A stretch of 64,000 bases of DNA. It comes from Ophelia neglecta (lineage: Eukaryota). The notes beneath the pieces are model-generated. The model searched no databases and had not been told where the DNA came from. It saw nothing but the letters and a program-made list of their open reading frames with translations. The first letter of the stretch is position 1, and every line of letters starts with the position of its first letter. Of this stretch, positions 13,401 to 22,398 are shown piece by piece. The stretch spans positions 32,860,001 to 32,924,000 of the forward strand of contig OZ260663.1 in NCBI GenBank assembly GCA_965285935.1. The letters are read 5' to 3'. Position numbers and translations under genes: made by a program.

Positions 13401-16400
13401 ATTAAGTGTTTAATCAATAAAATCTTCTAATTAATATGACGGGTTTTGGAGAAGGTTATATTCAGAAAAAATGCAACGTTTTCAATGGCTTGACAGTTGA
13501 GTTCAACACCTTCTTTACTACCATAATTAAATAAAGTTTGAACGAATACCATACATAATATCGGATTTGGCTTCAATTTCGCAAAAAAAAGGCCTTCAAA
13601 CGACATAAATTCAACCGTTGAAAGGCTTTGTTAGTCGTAAAATGAAGTATATTTGAAGTCACTCACGCAGTATACGCTTAATCTGTACAACTATATCTTG
13701 CTTTACCTTTCAAATAAATGATCAAAAAAACATGTTTCATTAGCTAAGGTTAGGAGTACCATATAAATATTCTTGACTTACTCTTCAACAAATAAAGAAC
13801 TGAAAGAATCCAAAGCATCTTGACAGAAATACTCCGAGAATGACTTCTAAATTTCTATTTATGAAAATTCAAAATGATTTTGTTTGTACCAATAGGTTTG
13901 AGGGTTGTCACGGGAATTAAGCTTTCTACACCCTTGCAGACACCACAAGACTGTTGGCAATTGAAGAGCATCCACGGATTGATTTCACAATGTCCGTCAC
14001 GTGACCATATGTTACAATCAGTATCGTTTCGATGGGTGTTGTTACACTCTATGTGAAATATGAAAATATCGTCACCTTAAGTTGCAATAATTCCTTCTCT
14101 CAGGTAAATTTCAATCGGGCTAGGGCTTCTTTTAAAATCACAGGTTGGTGCATTGATAGGGGTTAAATAAACTTGGCCAGGAAAGCCGATAAGACCCACT
14201 TAAATGCGAAATGTATATACAATTTTAGTTTGAACTCTTGAAACCGAGCAACTTGGTATTTTTAAGCAACCTATACTACTTTTTGACAAATCTGAGTAGG
14301 GATGAACAGAGTGCTATCGGCCATCTAATGTAACAAGCCTTGTCATAGGGCGAGGTTTCTACACCGTCGACTTCCGGTACGGTTTGTTACAGTAGAAAAT
14401 GCCTGATTGAGTTATGGAGATGTCACTATACTATTTCCAAACTCTAAAGCTATTGAACATGCAGGTGCCAGAAAAGCAAATGAGCCTATATGGTGGAGTT
14501 CGATTGATACTCATATACTACTGAGTCAGGTTACTGCATATTATACCGGTTGCAACGTTGGGGAATGTAGTGGTTTCCGCCAAGGGAGAGAATGTGGTTG
14601 CCTGGCTACCAACATATGTGCTGGGTTCTACACATGCGCCACAGGCTTCCTGGCAGTTACGAAGCATCCAAGGAGGGTTTTTTTGACACTCCCCAGTTAC
14701 CGCCCACAAGATACAATGTGTCTCTGCGTCGGGGTTTTCAGCGATATACTTGTTACCACAACCTAAATAAATATTAAATCAAAATAACTGTTTAATTTGT
14801 TGGGAAAAATAAACAAATAAAAGTTACCATACCTTCAAATATTAGTAGTGAGTAGGGATCAGTCGCGCTGTACAGGTTATTAACTTGCGTGCAATAAATA
14901 ACATAAATTAGATTAAAAATATTAAAGGAAAAAAATGCATCGTGTGAAAAAAAAACATGTTTCAGCTGAGAACATAAGAAGCTATACAAATGGAATTAAT
15001 TATATTTTCTATATAAATATTATTCATAAATTATTTGGGCTACAGAAAGGAAGAGATACATACCATGCGTATAGTATAAAGAAACGAAAAAAGGGTTGTC
15101 AACAGAATTTGACTTTAGATGGGTTTTAGAACATGTCGGCAAGATGTAAACATATAAAATGTTTTTTTCGAGGGGAAATTCTTAATAGTTAGATTTGGCA
15201 CCACACAACGCAACTGAACAGAAACACTGAAACGTTGATCCTACATTAGAGCCATGCTTGCTTTCGGTTAAACAAAAACGAAAAAGGTGATGTCCTTGAA
15301 TGGGGCGTTGTGAAAGAAAGTTATCACGAAGTGCTACAAAATCACCGGTTAGATGGATGCATAATGATTGTGTGCAAGAAATCATGTGTGTGTGAAACAT
15401 GCATGCTTGTCTATACCGATTTCTGGGCACTCGCCGCACGCCTCTCTGCAATTGAGGTTCATCCAGGCTTTATTCTTTTCACATTCTCCTAGTCTCACCC
15501 ACTCCTGGCATTCTGCGTCATTTTCGTGGTAATTGCCACAACCTATATCAGCCACCCACACAATAAAAATTAAACTTAGGGAGCCAGATACCAAGCCAAT
15601 AACAAAAACATACTGGTTCCAAGAAGGCTTGTATTAAAAAAAACACTTTAAACCATTTCAGGAAAACCCTTATTTCCATAATGTTATAAATGAGTAAGCT
15701 TTTACAGGTAGTGCATTAATTCCAGCTTGTGTTCCTTCGCCTGGTCCCACCAAGCTAACGATCAAAGCTAAAGCGTGTAGCAAGTTTTTCAAAAAACAAA
15801 TTTGGTATTTTCATACCATATTTGTATTATTTGTTTACATGCATACGGCACGCTATACAACAAATAATAATTCGCAAAAGAAATTTCAATAGCACCGACA
15901 TTGCAGGGAAAATAATTACCATTCAATTTGAAATTTAATAAAAAATACAAAACATATTAAGACATATCACGACAATGACAAGAGAACTACACGTAAAAGC
16001 TTCCATTACCAGTTACTTTAGCTGATGTACTCTGACCAAGTTCGGTGACTTCCCGTGGGCCTTGTGTCGTCACGTCCGTTACTGTAAATTAAGTAAATGG
16101 AACTTATATGAGATACTCATTAAACACAGTATATGTCGTAACCGCCACGAGGAATCTACTTAGTTCTAAACTATGTGTTTGAAATAACGATATACCTTCA
16201 ACATGATATACAATCCTATGCTATACAGTAGTTTCGAATTTCAGGCTTTACCAATGATTAAGAGTTTTAATAAGGCAGAGAAACATGTTATTGATTGTTT
16301 TTCTAATACTAATACTAACGGAGCAAAGTAAATAAAGCTAATTGTTTATGATAGTATGTCTAGGCAAACAAGCATGTAAGTGGATTGCTTCTTAGTGTGA

Positions 16401-19400
16401 TAATGAGTAATAAGAATCATTAATTGGTTTAATAAGAGCGATAGAAAGGTCACAGAGAAGACCACCGTTCGTGTCAATTAGCACAGAGGTGTGACATTAG
16501 CCTGAAAGATATCGATGACGACCGCTCGATCGTTTATCGAACTTTCAACGTGAAATAGGTCGTGCAACTATGACATTAAAATGTGCTCTTAGGTATAATG
16601 ATGGCCGTTCCTATATATGCCTGTATCCGGATTAGGTGAACTAGCGTCTATTGGGCCTTTTTTATGCTGCAGATAGCAAGTGCAAAGAATCGTGAAAAGG
16701 CGTTTCCAATGCAGCCAAATCAGTAACAATTTTGTTAGGAAATCACCTGTTGTTTGACCGCTCATATCTGTGAGGGGACGGTCAGTCAGGAACCGCGTCG
16801 TCTGGTTTAGCCTGGGTAACTGTGTAGTGACAGCTGGTAGGGATGACGTCACTACCGGTTTGTCTGCAGTGACAGTCCCTGCCGATAACGTCCCGATGAA
16901 CTCTGTGGTGAGAGTTGCTGTCAGTGCGACCATGGGCTCGGTGGTGACAGCCGGTACTGGTGTTGTCACGGACAGACCTGAGGTGACAGTCTGTGTTGAT
17001 GGCGTTAGGGGTAACTCGGTGAGGCCAGTTTCTCTGGACTTCTCGGTAATTCCTTCAGTGATATTAGAACTACCCTCAGAGGGGGCTTCTGTCACACTTT
17101 TGTCAGTCCCAGCAGATGGTAACAAACTTCTGTCACTTTCTGTTACCACGGAGTCTAGTGCTGTCATATTTGAGGTTGACATTAAACCATCGGTTGTCGG
17201 AATTGGAACAACCTCTGTCTCGTCTGTTGATAAACCTTTGGTGCCTTCGATAAGTGCCGTAGAAGATGGTTGGTCGGTTACAGTTCCAGAGGCTGCGCTT
17301 TTTGTTGCATTGTAATCAAAGGTTCCCATTTCTGTGTTTGGAACCCCCGTGTTGGTCAACCCCGCACCTAAATTGCCCTGGGAATCCCCATTGACAGGTG
17401 TAGTTATATCCACAGGAAGTACCACAAAAGTTGTCTCCTTAACTTGTTGGGTGAGTGGACCCGTCTGTCCTGCATTTGTTGTGGTTTGCATCACAGGGCT
17501 GCTCTTGTTTGTCAACTCATCAATACTTCCAGGAGAGTCTGATGATTGGATTTCTTTGCTATTTGGGCTTTCAGAGGAATATGGGACTGTCTCTGTACTA
17601 GTATAAACTGATATTAAGGGGGACGTGTAACTTTGTTGATTTTCAGTCACTTTTCTCAAAACTTCAGAAGCTGTGGCGTTGTCATCGCGATCTTCGATGT
17701 GGGTAACTGTTGGAAAATCAGATGCTTCTGACAAACTTACAGTCACTGGAGACTCGAATAAGCTTCCACCTTGTGTGGTGTTAACTTCTCCTTCCATAAC
17801 AGAGGAGCCATTCCCCCCAATAGTAGGTATATATGTACTACTTGGAGGTAACTGGCCCTCTGGAACCTCAGTGCCGGAAGCTGATGTAACTCCAGGACCG
17901 GTCGCATCTTCAGAAGCGAATGAATCTGACTTGAAACCAGTGACGTCACCCACTGATGGTTTGATAGTTGATGAAATTATATGCTGAGCAGATGCCGAGG
18001 CCGAGGTACCAGTAGCTGGTCTAGTACCACTGCCGGAAGGTGTTAGTTTTAAAGGCTCATCTGTAGTATTTTCTATTTCGTCTGTGATTGGGGAAGGAGA
18101 ATATTCTGATTGGTTAATTGTTCTTGTAATTGTGTCATTAGCAGTTGCCAGCTTGCCACTTGCGCCCGGTGGCCCCGCTATCCCAGGTTTCTCATTCTCA
18201 GAAGGCACAGGAGGGGCAATCGGATCTCCTTCTGGTAAGGAGCCCGAAGTACCTAGCAGACACAATCCACACGATCTACGACAGTGGATCCGCATCCAAT
18301 CCTCATATTCTTCATGACATTCACCATATTGGGCCCACGTTGAACATAGAGTATTGTTGTCGAAACATGCTTAAAATAGATTTATGTACCAAGCATATAT
18401 GTACGGGACGACACTTAAACAAGGACAAAAACACGAACACCAACACACCTACAAACATTCATGCATGATATTTCAAAGACAAACATGAAATTATTATATT
18501 ATTCGATATTATCAGAATTGACCTAGGAATGCGCCATACATTTAATTCATAGTTTTACATTACAACATTAAGATCAACGTATAAATTAATAAGATCACAA
18601 TAACAACACAGCTGTCAGTCGAGTAAGTTTCCATTTTCCTGGTACTTACTTTGACTGTCGCACAAGTTACACGACTTGGCGCAGCGTATCACCATCCATT
18701 CCGCGTTCAAATTACATTCTCCCTTTATCGCCCAGTCCTCACACTCCTCAGAGTCCTCATGGAGGTTCACACATGCTATTGACAGAAAATCGATGTTTAA
18801 TCACAATAATAACAGTATGCTGCAAAGTTTAAAGAGCAGTTATGTGTAGACTAGCATTTTTCCACTACAAGTCTCGCCAGATGAAGCGATTTCAGAATTA
18901 AACAATACATCCTTTGGTGTATAGTCAGGCATTTAAGTACTTATTTATACAGTGTCTTTTTTAAATCTGCTGGCTAACTCATGACTAAGAAGTAGCAAAT
19001 GGTTTAAAATGTGTTAATTTGGTAACTGATGTGTTATTTTCTTTATGAAAAAAACTGTCGCAGACGGGCAATCGAGAGCATGTTTTCCATCGGTATTTTA
19101 TTACCATTAGTTTACCTGTCATACAATTCATGTTGATTGCAGCGAAGCAACTTTCTTTTGAAATTCACTCGACAAAGAACAGAGACATGTGCACCTGATA
19201 TGCATCAATCCATGAAGCTAACAGAATGCTGTACATAGTCTATAGTCAAGCTCTAATGGTTTCTATGTGCTTAGTACAGGTGTATTGGGAAATTTTAAAA
19301 TCACGTTTTAGATGCATGTACATATTGTAAATTTTGATTAAAATGTTAAATTTACAATAAACGTAGAAACTCACAGCTATTCAGGGATTGCGTGTTGTTG

Positions 19401-20473
19401 TCAAAGAGAGCAGGCTCCGGCCCTTCGTCTATAACCTGAGAGCGAGAGGGTGATAGCAGAGCCATTAGGGCCAAGGCGCACACCAGCGTGGCCGATCCCA
19501 TCTTCCTTGGGTATCTCCTTCGGTATGGCACCGCAAATCTCTATCAGCTTGGATGCTAGACAATCAGGGACTCTTATATCGCCGGTGTCGGTTTGACAGT
19601 TTACTTCTAATCCATGATATTTGTATGAGAATTGTAACTTAAGGCACGGAATGTCAATCTGGCGCTGTGTGACCGAGGGCAGCAGACTAGCGGTGCTCAA
19701 TCACTGTGTCGGCATGGCCACGCTCCACTGCCCGCTTCATATGTAGTGGGCTGCTACTGCCACGCTGGTCATACCTGACCGCAGCTGATAGCCAAATCTC
19801 TTTATAAACAACCTAATGTTTGCCAGGTTTTTTGAAAATAAGTCGCACATAATAGTGTGTATTTACAGGTCATCAAACGGTCGAACTCGGCTACTTATCA
19901 ACTGCATTTCAACTATTTACTAGCTATACCTGGCCTGTCACACCGCAAACAACACTACCATTGAAGCTCTATAGCTTTCTATCGATCGTTTATTCTCGAT
20001 CCCAGGCAGTGGATGTGTCCTATATTACATTCTTTGTTCGGTTTATTATCAAAGCTCAGCAAGTAACAATATCCTTGTATTCATTTAACAAGGTGCCGCG
20101 CATATTTATTTGAGGAACAGCCGTTATTGGTTATGCTTCTGCATTTTTCATTACTTTAACAATTGCATCACACAGTGCGTGCTGACACACTAGCTTGTCA
20201 TACTTAATAGTAACAAGCTTGGAGTCGAAGTAGAGGATAGCATTGAAAAAATGTAAGTATTTGTATTAAAAGTGATTTGTTCATTGGTGTCAATTGAACT
20301 GTAACTATCAAATTAATAAATTGGTGACAATAAACTACTAGTATTATCTTTATAGTGTTCATGATTGTTGTGAGAAAGTTACTTTTGTCTTTTTTCGGTA
20401 TCGGCATTTCACCGCAAGCCGTTTCAGCCGAAAGAACCCACTTGATTACAAGCAAACACAGAGTTGATTTCAT
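349..20473 (-). CDS. Gene 1: giant ShKT x7 / CBM14 / mucin-like / YWTD-EGF x3 mosaic extracellular protein (3' end runs off the window)
   Basis: 28 phase-consistent GT-AG exons in transcription order: 20473-20383, 18775-18650, 18369-16747, 16081-16010, 15542-15417, 14762-14547, 14048-13890, 12707-12570, 11576-11394, 11134-9848, 9656-9586, 9470-9338, 9084-8913, 8811-8680, 8595-8303, 8187-8056, 7878-7733, 7612-7504, 7247-7067, 6910-6658, 6525-6360, 5726-5601, 5485-5314, 3158-2928, 2740-2547, 2333-2136, 1878-1762, 1461-349. Total 7960 nt (about 2653 codons), open throughout. The first exon is the least certain. Confidence 0.88.
1762..9656 (-). CDS. Gene 1: three LDL-receptor class B (YWTD) beta-propeller + EGF modules
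   Basis: Motifs LFWAN, LYWTD, LFWND, LYWVD / VYWSD, LYFAN, LYVTD, VYIID, LFISD / IYFTD, LYWTS, IYWSE, LYVLD, IYTSD. Each set is followed by an EGF exon (8187-8056, 5726-5601, 1878-1762), e.g. CSDICTPWPGGFKCSCPSGKPLLGDSRTC. Confidence 0.92.
3204..4905. mobile_element. Degenerate non-autonomous DNA transposon (Kolobok-like, TTAA target) in a gene 1 intron
   Basis: Left end TTAA|GGTGGTGTGGGACCTCTA; right end TAGGGGTCCCACACAC|ATAA (imperfect TIR). No transposase ORF. Confidence 0.45.
9848..11134 (-). CDS. Gene 1 ShKT domain 7 plus second mucin-like stalk exon
   Basis: CVNVYEDEARCDEWAEIGECEANQIWMNLNCMRSCDAC followed by about 390 aa of S/T-rich sequence (ORF 9840..11141). Confidence 0.9.
11394..11576 (-). 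CDS. Gene 1 chitin-binding type-2 (CBM14 / peritrophin-A-like) domain exon
   Basis: CEGRPDGNYQSCGGCEIYAACGGGEFYDNLPCPSGLVWDDILKTC: the DGxY, YxxC and CPxGLxWD...C hallmarks of CBM14. Confidence 0.85.
11841..12055 (+). mobile_element. MITE copy A (about 215 bp) with 6-bp TSD AAATTA
   Basis: Inverted ends GGCTATTGATTAAA...TTTAATCAAAAGCC. AAATTA at 11835-11840 and 12056-12061. Internal AGGGTTAGGG-like tract. Confidence 0.8.
12570..15542 (-). CDS. Gene 1 ShKT domains 3-6 (exons 15542-15417, 14762-14547, 14048-13890, 12707-12570)
   Basis: Each exon has C-x(7-14)-C-xx-W-xxx-G-[EH]-C-xx-N-x(1-2)-[WY]M-xx-NC-xx-[AS]CG-x-C, e.g. CGNIVGDSQCVEWALLGECNNNPDYMKENCREACGAC. All are phase 1-1. Confidence 0.9.
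13095..13314. repeat. 14-bp minisatellite (TACCGTCACGGACG)n, about 16 units, intronic
   Basis: Direct inspection of the tandem array. Confidence 0.95.
16747..18369 (-). CDS. Gene 1 ShKT domain 2 plus Ser/Thr/Pro-rich mucin-like stalk exon
   Basis: CFDNNTLCSTWAQYGECHEEYEDWMRIHCRRSCGLC followed by about 500 aa of S/T-rich sequence (ORF 16589..18295). Confidence 0.9.
18650..18775 (-). CDS. Gene 1 ShKT domain 1 exon
   Basis: CVNLHEDSEECEDWAIKGECNLNAEWMVIRCAKSCNLC: six-Cys ShKT pattern. 126-nt phase 1-1 exon, not in the ORF track. Confidence 0.9.
20383..20473 (-). CDS. Gene 1 putative signal-peptide exon (MKSTLCLLVIKWVLSAETACGEMPIPKKDK)
   Basis: Basic N-terminus plus hydrophobic core. Ends at a phase-1 donor (A|GTAACT) that matches the phase-1 ShKT exon at 18775. 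An alternative in-frame ATG lies at 20530. Confidence 0.6.
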
Positions 20474-20953
20474 TTGTCTATCGATTTCTTCCACTTCGCT
20501 TATTTCCATCAAGAAATCGTTTGGGGTCATCTGCTATGAAGTTATATTTAGCTGTAGTGGGACAAAAACAACTACTGATCAAATCAATTGACTTGTTCAA
20601 GAATTTTTATTAAATAAAATAATGTAGCTTTTTAAAGAAGTGTTCGATAATATCCATGGGTATAGATTTTCATCATATTCGCGACACAGGTTTCGACTTT
20701 CATAGTGTGTTGGAATTTGAACGGGTTCCATGCCTATTTCCGGACAAATTAAATTTCTGCTCTGCCATTGTTGCAAAAGTTAAATGTAAATATATTTGCA
20801 CAAGGAGACCGGCCTTTGGTCATGTTACCCTAATAGTGTTGTCATATTTCTACTCTTCCTTGTAACATAAAATCCTGCCATTTAATGATAATAAACACTA
20901 GGCCTACTATATTTTGATCGATTTTGCCTCGCTTATGAATACCACATATATTT

Positions 20954-21172
20954 TGGCTTTTGATTAAGGCGGAAGCGCGGAGCCTTGCGGAGGTAAATCC
21001 CGAATTAGAACAGACAACTAGACCTATTGAACTTGTCTCTAACCCTTCCCCTGAAATTAACCCTCAGCCCTGACCCTAGCTTTGCTGGAGCTTTTTGTTT
21101 CCTGTCACTCTGAAATAGCCATGACCTCCGCGTCCGCATTGTTTCCGCACGTCCGCGTCTAATCAATAGCTG
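20954..21172 (-). mobile_element. MITE copy B (same family, opposite orientation)
   Basis: GGCTTTTGATTAAGGCGGAAGCGCGGAGCCTTGCGGAGGTAAAT...CCGCGTCTAATCAATAGC aligns to the reverse complement of copy A. Confidence 0.8.
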
Positions 21173-21755
21173 ATAGGCCTATTTTGCATACCGGCCTATT
21201 AGGTTTCCCTCTAACCATTACTGTTAAGGCAAAGCTGTCCATACACATTGAGTGTGTGAGGTTATGGTCCATAATTTAGGCGCCGTCATTTCATTGAAAC
21301 TAAGTGTTAAGGACCTTATCATGTAACATACGTAAAGCCTTATTTCTAGATCCGTTCTTTCCAGCCCCAATTATTACATTTAATTTGCTCCAAAGTATAA
21401 AAATATATGACCTGTGTATTTCCAGTGTGTAGTAAAGTCATAGGCCCACACATTACACTGTTTAAATGAAATGAATATAATATAAAGGCCCGACTGCAGA
21501 GAAAAAAACATTATCACATATATTCAAGGTGCGTGTAAGGTGTAACATGAAGCTTCCTCTAAGGGAGGCAAGCATGGGGTATAGTTTGGGAGGATCTCGC
21601 GGCGTCGTCTAAATGTCAGCTCAGACAATCAGACACAGGTACACTCGTAAAGGAAGCGGTGAAAAAGTACACATTGAAAATACATTATAAAATGGAATCC
21701 ATGTTTTACTTATTATACCAAGTTTTGTAACCAGAGACCTGTTTAGAATCTCTTA

Positions 21756-21761
21756 TTTATT
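21756..21761 (-). terminator. Candidate polyadenylation signal (AATAAA) of gene 2
   Basis: TTTATT on the plus strand, about 230 nt downstream of the stop codon. The motif is common in AT-rich DNA. Confidence 0.4.
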
Positions 21762-21992
21762 CTAGACGTGACCTTTCAATAAATGTGTATGATTTTATCA
21801 TAAAGATTCAATTTGGCTGTATAATCTAAACAGTATAAATGAAACTCCACAAAAAGTCTGGCCTCAGTCCGTTACAGGCCTGTTAGTATAGGTCTAACCT
21901 AAAGAAACGTTGATATACATATATCAGGGCCAAGTTGTACAAGGTCCATGCTTTGAAGGCCATCGCGGTAACATGCGGCAGGTTGGTCGTAT

Positions 21993-22398
21993 TTAATACC
22001 CGTACGGCACGTACATCACCCGCCCCGGCTTGTCGTATACGCCGTTATTGTAACCAACCACAACCCGTGGGTCCTTGGTTTCTCGATTCGAACGGTCCCG
22101 ATCTATATGAGCCCGGTTACGCTTCTTGGCATACATCATCTTGTCACTATAAATAATTGGATGTCTTTAGGTTACATGATTATATTGAAAGTCTAAAAAG
22201 TCAATATCGTGATTGTGCTGTTGTTAAGTTTATTGACGCAGTAGTATTGAATACATCAACCACTTACTTTCTCCTGAAGCAGACGATAATTCCGACGACA
22301 AAGAAGAAGCAGAGAGTAAGAGCGGCCACGGGTAATATACCTATGGCCCACACTGGGAACTCCTGTCCCCGAGGCGTGGGTGAGCCTGTGCTGCCATC
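21993..22398 (-). CDS. Gene 2 transmembrane helix and cytoplasmic tail exons
   Basis: [28 protein letters not shown] followed by the stop-transfer RR. Tail ends [26 protein letters not shown]. Confidence 0.88.

Noticed and set aside
756-18317. Long plus-strand Val/Gly-rich ORFs (756, 1050, 9889, 10645, 16770, 17334, 17673, 18084)
   Set aside because: Antisense shadows of the Thr/Ser-rich stalk exons. They coincide with those exons and have no independent splice or domain signal.
20473-21993. Genes 1 and 2 as one fused gene
   Set aside because: Gene 2 has its own TM helix, tail, TAA and candidate poly(A) signal, and gene 1 has its own candidate signal-peptide exon.
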